A DNA stretch of 64,000 bases from a virus, in IMG/VR virus record IMGVR_UViG_3300044796_000141, positions 36,323 through 100,322 of that record, one strand, 5' to 3'. Position numbers and translations under genes: made by a program. How positions within the stretch are numbered: the stretch's first letter is position 1; every line of letters starts with the position of its first letter. The notes below the pieces were generated by a model. It was not told where the DNA came from, made no database searches, and was given only the letters and a program-made list of their open reading frames with translations. Below are positions 37,673 to 46,673 of this stretch, piece by piece.

Positions 37673-37908
37673 TTAAAGAACTGAAAGAACAAGGCTTTAA
37701 CGATGGCTTCGCGGCAGCAAAAGAAGCTAAAAAGAGTGGCATGAAAAAGAAAGATATTATGAACAAAGTCGTTGTTGATGATAAAGAAGTTGCCAAACAA
37801 ATCATGAAGGATGTTGGAGTAGGACATCAGAAGGCTTTTTCTTTCGCATGTGTTTACGCAATGAGTTATGATAATGGAGTCAGAGAAGCAATCTTCTCTG
37901 ATGATTAA
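37669..37908 (+). CDS. hypothetical protein
   Basis: ATGA-coupled ORF. Confidence 0.6.
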   Translation: MIKELKEQGFNDGFAAAKEAKKSGMKKKDIMNKVVVDDKEVAKQIMKDVGVGHQKAFSFACVYAMSYDNGVREAIFSDD

Positions 37909-37909
37909 T

Positions 37910-38125
37910 ATGCCAAAACCAAGTCTTAAAGAACCATTCCGTACTTTAGAGTTTGATTTAATTGAATTTTTGCTTGGCGGTTTAAAACAATATAGACCAG
38001 ACCTATCTTATCCGCAATCGCATTCTGACATGCAAGCATGTGTGCGAGCCATAATTAAAGCCTATGATATAGAACGAAGACCACTTGCACGAAAATCAAT
38101 AGAAATTTATTCAGAAGAAGACTAA
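37910..38125 (+). CDS. hypothetical protein
   Basis: MPKPSLKEPFRTLEFDLIEFLLGG... Confidence 0.55.
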   Translation: MPKPSLKEPFRTLEFDLIEFLLGGLKQYRPDLSYPQSHSDMQACVRAIIKAYDIERRPLARKSIEIYSEED

Positions 38126-38126
38126 T

Positions 38127-38390
38127 ATGAATATCAATGATTTAGAAAGTCTTTTCGATTCTAGAAAGTTTAGGAAGCAACCTGAAACTTTAGGTGACGC
38201 GCGTCAATTACGCGAATTATCAATTCTTAGATGGTTTAATGTTATCTGTGCAAAATGCGGCAAAACTACAACACCTATTTCTAGAGGTGGCGCACTACTT
38301 TCTTGTGAATTATGCCGTTGGGACATTCCTGACAGTACTCCATTGCGCGGCTTTGAATTTCATAAAGGAAAACAGTTCGAAGGTGCTTGA
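38127..38390 (+). CDS. MNINDLESLFDSR zinc-ribbon family protein
   Basis: CAKCGKTTTP...CELC. Confidence 0.7.
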   Translation: MNINDLESLFDSRKFRKQPETLGDARQLRELSILRWFNVICAKCGKTTTPISRGGALLSCELCRWDIPDSTPLRGFEFHKGKQFEGA

Positions 38391-38439
38391 CTATAATTTT
38401 CTATTATGATAGAATAGTCGTCCAAAGGGAGTTAATAAT

Positions 38440-38868
38440 ATGTTAAACGCAGCAGATGTAAATAAGAAGAAGGCAGAAATAAAAGCGGCTCAAGAAAAAG
38501 GGCGCCAAGAGGCCGACCAATTGGCTCTTGATAAATATCTTGAACAAGTTGAAAAGGTAGTATTGGCATCGATTGATAATTTTACAACGGTCTATAAGCC
38601 AACGACAGTATCCGCTCGTGCGCAAAAGGCATTAGAAGATGCGGGCTATAAAGTATTTGACAATGGCAATTCATTTTTAATTAGATGGAATGTTGCTGTA
38701 GCGCCAGTAGCTCCACAAGTTTTCCCATGCGATGATGGCTGTATGTGTCGTCAATTGGAAGCTTTAGAAAATATTTTATTGGATGAAGATTTTACTGTGA
38801 TTGAGCCAGAATTAGAACCAGAGCCACCAACACCACCTCGTCGCGCCGCACGTCGCCGCTCTAAATAA
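38440..38868 (+). CDS. hypothetical protein with Pro/Arg C-terminus
   Basis: ORF downstream of TTGACT-N17-TAGAAT. Confidence 0.65.
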   Translation: MLNAADVNKKKAEIKAAQEKGRQEADQLALDKYLEQVEKVVLASIDNFTTVYKPTTVSARAQKALEDAGYKVFDNGNSFLIRWNVAVAPVAPQVFPCDDGCMCRQLEALENILLDEDFTVIEPELEPEPPTPPRRAARRRSK

Positions 38869-38918
38869 GTTTCTTGACTTTATATAAATTTTACTGTATA
38901 CATTGAATAGGAGATAAT

Positions 38919-39242
38919 ATGAATAACGATACACAAGTTTCTACAGATACGGTTCTTAGCGATACAACGGTGACAACCACCACGGAAACGCCACAGGAAG
39001 TGTCTAAACGCGCCTATACGCGCTCTACGGACATGGCCCTAGGCAATGACCTCATCTTGCGTTTGATTCCTACAGGGGCCGCTAATGCGGTTTCAAAGAA
39101 ACAAATCTTTAAGGAAATGTCAGATACAACCTTTGAACTCGTCAATAAGAATTGGAATCTTCGCATCCAATCTCTTGAAAAAGATGGCTTAGTTAAGTCT
39201 ACTGGCGCGAAAGCCGGCAAAAAGTATTTTCTTCCAGAATAA
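38919..39242 (+). CDS. small winged-helix-like protein
   Basis: LILRLIPTGAANAVSKKQIFKEM...RIQSLEKDGLVKST...KKYFLPE. Confidence 0.6.
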   Translation: MNNDTQVSTDTVLSDTTVTTTTETPQEVSKRAYTRSTDMALGNDLILRLIPTGAANAVSKKQIFKEMSDTTFELVNKNWNLRIQSLEKDGLVKSTGAKAGKKYFLPE

Positions 39243-39266
39243 CCCTCTAACTCTTAGAAAGTTTTT

Positions 39267-39434
39267 GTGCGAACTAAAAGATGCAAAAAGTGCAACTATT
39301 TCGACGCCGCAATAGAATGCGAATTGTGCGAAAAGTGTCTAATTCTTGATTTGCAAAAAATGCAATCGGAATCAAATGCAAATATTTTCAAATCAAATAA
39401 GAAAAGCTTCTACTTCCAAAAGGATGCTAATTAA
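39267..39434 (+). CDS. Cys-rich small protein (GTG start)
   Basis: VRTKRCKKCNYFDAAIECELCEKCLILD... Confidence 0.4.
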   Translation: MRTKRCKKCNYFDAAIECELCEKCLILDLQKMQSESNANIFKSNKKSFYFQKDAN

Positions 39435-39614
39435 ATGATTTTTATTGCATCTTGGTTAATACTTGGTATTATACATTTTGTATTTTGCATGTATTATGAT
39501 GGCAATAGAATGACAGCACCGGAACAATTACTTATATTTTTCTTATCTATTTGTTTTGGTGCAATTATATTTCCAATAGCATTATATCTTAAATTAACAG
39601 GATGGAGTTTATGA
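39435..39614 (+). CDS. small membrane protein
   Basis: MIFIASWLILGIIHFVFCMYYDGN... Confidence 0.5.
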   Translation: MIFIASWLILGIIHFVFCMYYDGNRMTAPEQLLIFFLSICFGAIIFPIALYLKLTGWSL

Positions 39615-40000
39615 TTAAACAAGTTATAGTAATGCGTAAAGACCTTAAGATGCGTCGTGGTAAAGAGATTGCTCAAGGTGCGCACGCCTCTATGGCATTT
39701 TTTACAAATAAAATTCACAATTACCCTCAGTATGATAATCAAATTTTTAGCCATAAGCTTTCTATAGAAGAGTTTGAGTGGATTAAAGGCAAGTTTACTA
39801 AAATTTGTCTTCAAGTTGATTCAGAAGAAGAACTTCAAACTATCTATGATGCCGCTAAGGCAGGCGGATTTACAGTCCATATGATTACTGATAGTGGACT
39901 TACAGAATTTAATGGCGTTCCTACTAAAACCTGTTTAGCTATTGGTCCGAATATCGCAGAAGATATTGACAAACTTACAGGTCATTTGAAATTATACTAA
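39611..40000 (+). CDS. pth2: peptidyl-tRNA hydrolase, Pth2 (archaeal/eukaryotic) type
   Basis: QVIVMRKDLKMRRGKEIAQGAHASMAF...LQVDSEEELQTIYDAAKAGGFTVHMITDSGLTEFNGVPTKTCLAIGP. Confidence 0.9.
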   Translation: MIKQVIVMRKDLKMRRGKEIAQGAHASMAFFTNKIHNYPQYDNQIFSHKLSIEEFEWIKGKFTKICLQVDSEEELQTIYDAAKAGGFTVHMITDSGLTEFNGVPTKTCLAIGPNIAEDIDKLTGHLKLY

Positions 40001-40001
40001 T

Positions 40002-40298
40002 ATGAACATTGAACAATTTGAAAATATTCTTTGTCCACCGCCGCCAAAGATAAAAAATCCGTTTACAATTTCAAGGCTTTGGGAAGCAATTGAATTTTAT
40101 CATCAAGGCAAAATTATAGGATATAGTGTAATTTGTCCTCATTGCAAAATTCAAAGTTGGCCAACAACCAGTCGTGGTGCATCTAAGTGCTCAAGTCATC
40201 TTGGTCCTAGACACGGATGTTCCAAATTAATTTCAGAAAATGAAAAGCTTCTATCTATTAAAACTACCACCGAAGAGTATTATTTTAATGAAGAATAA
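40002..40298 (+). CDS. MNIEQFENILCPP zinc-ribbon family protein
   Basis: CPHCKIQSW... Confidence 0.7.
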   Translation: MNIEQFENILCPPPPKIKNPFTISRLWEAIEFYHQGKIIGYSVICPHCKIQSWPTTSRGASKCSSHLGPRHGCSKLISENEKLLSIKTTTEEYYFNEE

Positions 40299-40348
40299 AT
40301 TCGTTAGAAATAGTGAGAACCACAACTCTCATCTTTATGATTATCCTG

Positions 40349-40726
40349 ATGGACAACCCTATAAGAGCGCTAAGCTCGGGAGGTTGGTTCCAGGTCGCTC
40401 AGCAGGAATCAACCAAATCAGACGCAGCTAATTTTAAGCTTGGTTCAATCGTTTTAAAGAAAAGAAGAATCGTTTCAAAAGGTTTCAATAATCATAAGAG
40501 CGACCCAAAGCTTGTAAAGTACGGATACAAATCCAAGCTTCACGCTGAGTTTAGCGCTATGATGAGAGGTACAGGCGATATGCTATTTGTTGCCCGATTT
40601 AAGAAGGATGGACAAATGGCTTGCGCGAAACCTTGCATTCATTGCTTGCATACTGCGAAGATTTTAGGTATAGATACTATTGTCTATAGTGATTGGGACG
40701 GGAATTTCAGAAGTATAGAATTGTAA
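40349..40726 (+). CDS. cytidine/deoxycytidylate deaminase-like
   Basis: KLHAEFSAM...CAKPCIHCLHTAKILGIDTIVYSD (HAE + PCxxC). Confidence 0.8.
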   Translation: MDNPIRALSSGGWFQVAQQESTKSDAANFKLGSIVLKKRRIVSKGFNNHKSDPKLVKYGYKSKLHAEFSAMMRGTGDMLFVARFKKDGQMACAKPCIHCLHTAKILGIDTIVYSDWDGNFRSIEL

Positions 40727-40736
40727 GGAGTTTAAA

Positions 40737-41558
40737 ATGGATAACTATAATAAAATTGATGGATGGTATTACATTATTACAGAAAAGCCTGTAGGGTCTA
40801 TTAAACTTAAGGGCCAAGTCTTACACAAAGGCTGGGATATTCCTAGTAATTGGGCAATTGACAGTAATAAACAATGCTGGAAAGATAACGCTCATGGTGC
40901 TACGCTCAATCCTTGTACTACCGATGAATTACTTCTTCTCTTAAAAGAAGACGACAACCAAGACACTATCAATGCCGTCATGGGATTATTGGGTCTTTCT
41001 AAAGAATACCAGTTTCGCGGTTTTAGTAAAATCTCTCGCTTAAACAGAACGACTATCGTTACCGAAAAAATTGACGGTACTAATGCTCTTATTTATATTC
41101 CAGAAGATTGTCCAGATAAAATGCTTGTTGGTTCTAGAACACAATGGATTACTCCTGAAAAAGACAATTATGGTTTTGCGCGTTGGGCTCAAGACAACAA
41201 AGAAGAACTTCTTAAATTAGGTCCAGGCTCTCACTATGGTGAATGGGCCGGCTTAGGCATTCAACGCAGATACGGACTTAAAGAAAAAAGATTTTATCTA
41301 TTTAATGCTACTCGCTGGACTGATGAAGTGCGTCCAAAATGCTGTTATGTTGTACCAGTATTATCTCAACATACAGACATTCGTCACGCAACCGACACAG
41401 GACTACAAATGCTTCGTGATAATGGTTCTTATATTAATCACGACTTTAAAAATCCTGAAGGTGTTGTTGCTTATCATACTGCAAGCGGGCAATTATTTAA
41501 AATTACATTAGATAATGACGGTGAGCGAAAAGGAAAAGTCATTTTACCAAAGGAATAA
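40737..41558 (+). CDS. RNA ligase (T4 Rnl2-like nucleotidyltransferase fold)
   Basis: TEKIDGTNALI (KxDG), GSRTQW, HYGEWAG, NPEGVVAY, LFKIT motifs. Confidence 0.8.
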   Translation: MDNYNKIDGWYYIITEKPVGSIKLKGQVLHKGWDIPSNWAIDSNKQCWKDNAHGATLNPCTTDELLLLLKEDDNQDTINAVMGLLGLSKEYQFRGFSKISRLNRTTIVTEKIDGTNALIYIPEDCPDKMLVGSRTQWITPEKDNYGFARWAQDNKEELLKLGPGSHYGEWAGLGIQRRYGLKEKRFYLFNATRWTDEVRPKCCYVVPVLSQHTDIRHATDTGLQMLRDNGSYINHDFKNPEGVVAYHTASGQLFKITLDNDGERKGKVILPKE

Positions 41559-42026
41559 TATTTGATAATTCAAGTGGAATTGCTTTAAAAGCCTTTAAAT
41601 AATCAATGGAATTTTGTAATAAAGAAATGTCATCCTTAAAAAGACCGAGCGCTTTATTGCAAGCGCTACACAATAGTCCGTCTAATTTGACCGAGTTTTA
41701 TGGTCATGGTCTACTGCAAAACTTTGATTATATTTTTGATAATGTTCATTTAAAGTCATTAAGCAAATATAACAGCAATTCCTTTGCATTAAAAGCATTT
41801 CATTATATTGTTCAGAAGTTAGTCCATAAAAAGTTTTTAACTTATATTTTTTCTTTCTGTTTTTTGCTTCTTGTGGATTTTTTGTTTCTCTTGCTTTTTT
41901 ATCTTGTTCATGGCACTGTTTACATTGAGATGAAAGTCCATCATGTTTTGATGAATTTTTATAAAACTGTTTTGTTGATTTTGGCAAATGACATTTATAG
42001 CATTTTTTCATATAATAATTATACAC
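41539..42026 (-). CDS. HNH (endonuclease VII-like) endonuclease with two CGG quadruplet sites (minus-strand CGG at 41693-41691 and 41680-41678)
   Basis: MYNYYMKKCYKCHLPKSTKQFYKN...CKQCHEQDKK...CCYICLMTLNEHYQKYNQSFAVDHDHKT|GQIR|GLLCSACNKALGLFKDDISLLQNSIDYLKAFKAIPLELSNIIPLVK. Confidence 0.85.
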
Positions 42027-42056
42027 TGCGCCTATAAATTAATAAGGTAATTTAAA

Positions 42057-42296
42057 GTGAATATAGAAGAAATTGAAAAAGTTTTAAACCCTGAGCAATC
42101 TGATGGGATTGCGAAAATGACCCTAAATTTAGCGCGAGCTAGTGGTTTGTTTGGTAATGGCTATAGACTATCATGTAATACATGCAATGAAGTCGGAACT
42201 TTTGTTTGGCGCGAAGATTATGTTTATATACGCTGTACGGCATGTGATTCTCGTTATCATAGAGATTTAGATTTAATAAATATTATAAGGAAATAA
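42057..42296 (+). CDS. MNIEEIEKVLNPE zinc-ribbon family protein
   Basis: CNTCNEVG...CTAC. Confidence 0.7.
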   Translation: MNIEEIEKVLNPEQSDGIAKMTLNLARASGLFGNGYRLSCNTCNEVGTFVWREDYVYIRCTACDSRYHRDLDLINIIRK

Positions 42297-42297
42297 A

Positions 42298-42672
42298 ATG
42301 ACAAAGAAATTCAAATTTAAAGGCTGGGATTGGACAGAAATCTTAAAAGCCGCCAATCAAGAACTTGGAATGAAGTTAAAAACAGAACTAGAGCCATTTA
42401 CTACATTTGAAGAAGAAGATAAACTTCTTGATGGAGAAGTTAAAAGACTTTTTGATGATTGTATGGGTTGGGACGGCATAGGTCTTAAATACGGACTTAC
42501 TAAAAAAGGCAAAGTAGTATACAACATCATCCAAAGATATCTTGAAGTATTTTTGCCGAACGAAAAGAAAATTCACTATCACTATCCGCTTTGGGTCGGT
42601 CTTTCTAAAATTAAAGACCCTGAAACGTTTTTAAAATATACATCAGTTTTGATTCGCTTTATGTGGAACTAA
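42298..42672 (+). CDS. hypothetical protein
   Basis: ORF, 124 aa. Confidence 0.65.
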   Translation: MTKKFKFKGWDWTEILKAANQELGMKLKTELEPFTTFEEEDKLLDGEVKRLFDDCMGWDGIGLKYGLTKKGKVVYNIIQRYLEVFLPNEKKIHYHYPLWVGLSKIKDPETFLKYTSVLIRFMWN

Positions 42673-42677
42673 GATAA

Positions 42678-42887
42678 ATGAAATACATTGCAAAAGGAAT
42701 GGAAGTTTCTTTGCCACTCACAGTCGAAAGTATCGAAAATCTTCTATCCTCTATTCACTCAAAAGAAGCCGCCAGTTTGATTTTGATTGACCTCTACCGC
42801 GATGTGATGCTATGTGTAGCTAGTGGCGCAGGGCACGCCAAAGACCTTGCCATAGCAGCTCTTAAAATCGAGGATTTACTTAAGTGA
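42678..42887 (+). CDS. hypothetical protein
   Basis: ORF. Confidence 0.6.
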   Translation: MKYIAKGMEVSLPLTVESIENLLSSIHSKEAASLILIDLYRDVMLCVASGAGHAKDLAIAALKIEDLLK

Positions 42888-43225
42888 ACATAGAAGAATT
42901 AGAATCAACTTTAAAACCAAAACTTAAATTTTCTTTTTGGTATATGCACGATAATCATACTTTTACTCGTCTCAAAAGTTCAACAATTGACGAAATGTGT
43001 AAAGAGGCTTTTGAAATTGGCAAAGAAAGTCCATATGGAATGCTTTGTCCTGTAACAGTTTTAAATGCCGAAACCGATAAAGAATTACGAAGAGTTGGCA
43101 GTATCGTTCATACTACGGAAAGTTCCGAACTAAACGACACAAAATACGCCAACGCTATCCAGCAATGGAAGCATGAAATTCTACAAGATGCAGACATTAG
43201 GGCGCACTTAATAGAAAATATTTAG
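42884..43225 (+). CDS. MNIEELESTLKPK family protein (no Cys pairs)
   Basis: ORF; shares the N-terminal tag only. Confidence 0.65.
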   Translation: MNIEELESTLKPKLKFSFWYMHDNHTFTRLKSSTIDEMCKEAFEIGKESPYGMLCPVTVLNAETDKELRRVGSIVHTTESSELNDTKYANAIQQWKHEILQDADIRAHLIENI

Positions 43226-43233
43226 GAGAATTT

Positions 43234-44082
43234 ATGATTAAGCAAGATAAATTACAAGCTGTAGTATCTACTATTAGAGATTGGATTAAAGAAAAGATTC
43301 AAGAAGCCAATTGTGAAGGCGCTGTAGTAGGTTTAAGTGGTGGCGCAGATAGCGCGCTCGTAGCTATTCTCTGCCAAGAGGTAGTTCCTACGCATGTCGT
43401 TAAGATGCCATGCCATTCAAGTCCAGTAAGTTTAGCTAGAGCCGACGAATTAATCGCCGCGTTTCCGAATCTTATAGACTATACAGTCAATTTAGAAACA
43501 GCTTTTGAAAGCATTAAACTTCAAACCACTAAAAAGATGGACGTAATGCGAAACGGAAAAATGGCCGTCGCAGCTTTACGTTCATGTCTTCGTGCGCCCA
43601 CATTAGATTTTGTTGGCAAGCTTACTAATTCTTTGATTGTTGGTACGGGTAATCGTGATGAAGACGAAGTAACGCGTTATTTTCAAAAACGTGGAGACGG
43701 TTGTGTTGATATCTCTCCAATTGCAAAACTTCACAAAAGCGAAGTGTGGCAATTACTTAAATTTTCAAGTTGTCCCAAATCTATTATTGATGCAGTTCCT
43801 TCTGCTGACCTTTGGGGAGCTGATAGCGGTCAAGAAGATGAAAAAGAACTTGGTTTAACCTATGAAGAAATTGAATGGGCAATAAAATTTGGCGATAAAA
43901 CTTGTCTATTTCAAGACACGACTGCCAATTGGGTTAATGGTGGTGACCTTCTTAATTTGACCGCTCGCCAACTCGAAGTCTTAAAGAAAGTTTCTCACTT
44001 AGAAAAAATCTCTCGCCATAAAGCAGAAATGCCACCAGTTTTTAATGTGCGTGGTTTAATGTCAGGTTGTTTTGAGACATAA
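43234..44082 (+). CDS. nadE: NAD synthetase, ammonia-dependent type
   Basis: GAVVGLSGGADSALVAIL (PP-loop), LIVGTGNRDED, KLHKSEVWQL, PSADLW; no glutaminase domain. Confidence 0.9.
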   Translation: MIKQDKLQAVVSTIRDWIKEKIQEANCEGAVVGLSGGADSALVAILCQEVVPTHVVKMPCHSSPVSLARADELIAAFPNLIDYTVNLETAFESIKLQTTKKMDVMRNGKMAVAALRSCLRAPTLDFVGKLTNSLIVGTGNRDEDEVTRYFQKRGDGCVDISPIAKLHKSEVWQLLKFSSCPKSIIDAVPSADLWGADSGQEDEKELGLTYEEIEWAIKFGDKTCLFQDTTANWVNGGDLLNLTARQLEVLKKVSHLEKISRHKAEMPPVFNVRGLMSGCFET

Positions 44083-44532
44083 ATGAAAAAGATAATCTTT
44101 AGAATTGAAAAGGATGGCATAGGACCGTATTTCCATCCAAATACAACTAAAGGTTCTGAACTGTATCGAGAGCTGCATAATCATGAGACTTTTATAGAGC
44201 TTGGTCTTCAAAAAGAAGATACAATGAGATTAGAAAAACTAGGATACATTCCGCCAGTTGTTTGGTCGCATCCACGGGTTGGACCTTTTCAAGACCCATA
44301 TTTAAGAGACTGGTGGATAAAAAATTACCACGTATATCTTCAGTATAAATTAGGATTGTTTGGTTGTTCTGATTTGAAGCAATTAAATGAATGGTTTATT
44401 CCTTCCATACTTTCTATTCTTAAAAAAGAAAATTATAAAATAGCAAAATACAAATGTAATAGTGTAATTCACGGACTCAGACAATCAATTGGTCTCTTTC
44501 CTTTTGAAAAAATAGAAGAAAAAGAAATATGA
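44083..44532 (+). CDS. hypothetical protein
   Basis: ORF, 149 aa. Confidence 0.65.
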   Translation: MKKIIFRIEKDGIGPYFHPNTTKGSELYRELHNHETFIELGLQKEDTMRLEKLGYIPPVVWSHPRVGPFQDPYLRDWWIKNYHVYLQYKLGLFGCSDLKQLNEWFIPSILSILKKENYKIAKYKCNSVIHGLRQSIGLFPFEKIEEKEI

Positions 44533-44744
44533 ATATAGAAGAACTATCAGACTTTTTAACGCCAGCAAAATCTATCCCAACTTTAAGACAAGCTGTTGAT
44601 AAAGATTCGTGGAACAGTACCATCACGGTTCGCTGTCCACATTGTAATGCAATACGAAGATGGATGGATATGAGCGATAATAGATGTAATCGAAAAGGAA
44701 TTTGCATGGAAGAAATTCCATGGAATACAGTAATAGAACGATAA
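44529..44744 (+). CDS. MNIEELSDFLTPA zinc-ribbon family protein
   Basis: CPHCNAIRRW...CNRKGIC. Confidence 0.7.
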   Translation: MNIEELSDFLTPAKSIPTLRQAVDKDSWNSTITVRCPHCNAIRRWMDMSDNRCNRKGICMEEIPWNTVIER

Positions 44745-44748
44745 ATAA

Positions 44749-45234
44749 ATGGATAATCAAGACAGCATCATAAAGCAATATATAGAAAAAAATTGTAAAG
44801 ATAACAAAGTCGATTCTCTATCGAAAGAAATTAAACATGTCTTCATGCCTTCTCTTAAAGAAGCATTCAGTTGTTCTTATCCTAGCAGTAAGACGGTCCA
44901 TATAAACGAGAAACTTTGGAAGGATTCGTCTCCCGAACAAAAGAGAAACGCCATAATTCACGAGACCTCTCATATTATTTGCCACTCTCTACACGGCTCA
45001 AAAATTAAAAACGAGCACGGGCGTGAGTGGGCAGATTGCGTGCGGGCGAGCGGTGAGACGCCCTACAATTACTTCAGCGAGCTAAGGGATAAGTCACTGC
45101 TCTGTGAGGTATCCTGTGCGTGTGAAAGCGTCTTCCTGACCAAGCTAGAGGCTTCTAAGCTGCCTGCCAAGTTCTATTTCTGCCAGGTCTGTCGTGAAGC
45201 GATAGTTGTACACAACAAAGCTCTTGACTTCTAG
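44749..45234 (+). CDS. SprT-like zinc metalloprotease, copy 2
   Basis: NAIIHETSHIICHSLHG...NEHGREWADCV; paralogous to 10758 ORF. Confidence 0.75.
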   Translation: MDNQDSIIKQYIEKNCKDNKVDSLSKEIKHVFMPSLKEAFSCSYPSSKTVHINEKLWKDSSPEQKRNAIIHETSHIICHSLHGSKIKNEHGREWADCVRASGETPYNYFSELRDKSLLCEVSCACESVFLTKLEASKLPAKFYFCQVCREAIVVHNKALDF

Positions 45235-45253
45235 AGCGGCGTTGTGCTAAAGT
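45224..45253 (+). promoter_or_regulatory. promoter upstream of Ubl cassette
   Basis: TTGACT-N18-TAAAGT. Confidence 0.5.
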
Positions 45254-45321
45254 ACTTTTAGTTAAGAGCTGACCAGCAATTTCGCTGGCAGCCATTTAGA
45301 AGAAAGAAAAAGGAGTTTTTT

Positions 45322-45519
45322 ATGGCAAGTGTAGTCGGATGTGTATTGGGTGGTTCACCAACTAGAACCGAAGCGTCAACTGTGGCGGAGGTTAAGCGCA
45401 AGCTTGGTCTTTCAGGCAATTATACGGCGTCAGTGAACGGCGAGCCTGCGAATGATGCAACGCAATTGGGCGATGAAGATTTCGTGTCTCTTAGTGCTGC
45501 CGTCAAGGGTGGCCGCTAA
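45322..45519 (+). CDS. ubiquitin-like / ThiS-MoaD-fold small protein, C-terminal GGR
   Basis: MASVVGCVLGGSPTRTEASTVAEVKRKLGLSGNYTASVNGEPANDATQLGDEDFVSLSAAVKGGR. Confidence 0.75.
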   Translation: MASVVGCVLGGSPTRTEASTVAEVKRKLGLSGNYTASVNGEPANDATQLGDEDFVSLSAAVKGGR

Positions 45520-45626
45520 ACAACCTTTAAAAAGTTGTTGTTAAAGCTTTAATAGGTGCAGGTTTGGTGTAATCCTACTCAAAAACACCACCTCGTTTAT
45601 TTTAATTTTTCATAAAGGAAAAAACA

Positions 45627-46658
45627 ATGCTTGAAGATTTGACAGCCGAAGAAAAGATGAAAAATCTATCGGCCTTGAACTATATTAAGACTATCGCTAA
45701 CAGCAGTAATATTGACATTTCCGCTTGGGATATTTTGGAAGTATTTGGTCGGGAAGATAAACGGGGTCTTGAATTAGATAAAAAGACTTTGAATAAACTT
45801 TTCTTTGCAAAAGTTCAAAGTTCTCTTAATCCACCAACGACCGAAGAAACTAAAACTGAAACTAAAACAGAAGGCGTCATTGCTGAAAATGCAGTTGCGT
45901 CCACTGAAGACCTTACAGCATTGAAGAATGCTGTCGCTATTGCATACGAACGTACTAAAACTACTGCAATTGAAGCGCAAAAGAAAAATACTAAATCTGC
46001 CAAAGATAATATGGACCAATATTATCGTAATTTCCTTGAGTATGAAAGGAATTACATTTCTGGTCTTCGCCAAGTAAAGCTTCTTGAATCGACCATTAAG
46101 GATGGTTCAGAAAAGTATATTGAAGGCATTATTCTCAATCTCCGCAAAGTTATTGATAAGGGTATCTGGATAAATCCAGTCTTTGATGAAAACTACCTGT
46201 ATCTCAATACAAAGACGAACGTCGTTTTGCACGATGTCAATAAGTCTGCAAATCTTGACCTTCATCTTGACGTTGGCCAATTGGCAGTTCGTATCAACTT
46301 GAAGAATAATTTTGCTTTGTCTGTCATTCCCTATAAGGGAAATATTCAAAGCGGCGCTATGTTTCACCCACATGTTAACTCAGAAGGTACTCCATGTTGG
46401 GGCGATGCACAAAACATTGCAGTTAAGGCAATTGCAGATTATGATTTTGAAAAGGCTTTGACTCTTCTTCATACTTTGTTACATACCTACAATCCTGGTA
46501 GTCCATATATCAATTTGGCCAACTTGAAGGAAAATGGTATTAAGATGTCGCGTGTGGCAGAGCATTTGAAGCACCCAGACAAGAACAAAAAGAAAAAGGA
46601 AGAAGCTGCGGTTACTCCTACGCCGGCACCAACGCCTGCACCGGATGCACCGTTTTAA
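45627..46658 (+). CDS. E2-like (RWD/UBC-type) protein 1
   Basis: C-terminal MFHPHVNSEGTPCWGDAQ...LLHTYNPGSPYINLANL; Cys in HP-hV...G.pCwGd motif. Confidence 0.7.
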   Translation: MLEDLTAEEKMKNLSALNYIKTIANSSNIDISAWDILEVFGREDKRGLELDKKTLNKLFFAKVQSSLNPPTTEETKTETKTEGVIAENAVASTEDLTALKNAVAIAYERTKTTAIEAQKKNTKSAKDNMDQYYRNFLEYERNYISGLRQVKLLESTIKDGSEKYIEGIILNLRKVIDKGIWINPVFDENYLYLNTKTNVVLHDVNKSANLDLHLDVGQLAVRINLKNNFALSVIPYKGNIQSGAMFHPHVNSEGTPCWGDAQNIAVKAIADYDFEKALTLLHTLLHTYNPGSPYINLANLKENGIKMSRVAEHLKHPDKNKKKKEEAAVTPTPAPTPAPDAPF

Positions 46659-46673
46659 GCTTAAATTGATTTT

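Noticed and set aside
40285-40431. ORF starting MKNKFVRNSENHNSHLYDYPDGQ as the deaminase N-terminus
   Set aside because: The deaminase frame (40313 ORF) does not need it and there is no CGGN site linking the frames; start assigned at 40349 instead.
41606-42037. Plus-strand 143-aa ORF
   Set aside because: Antisense to the reconstructed HNH gene 41539..42026, which has strong motifs.
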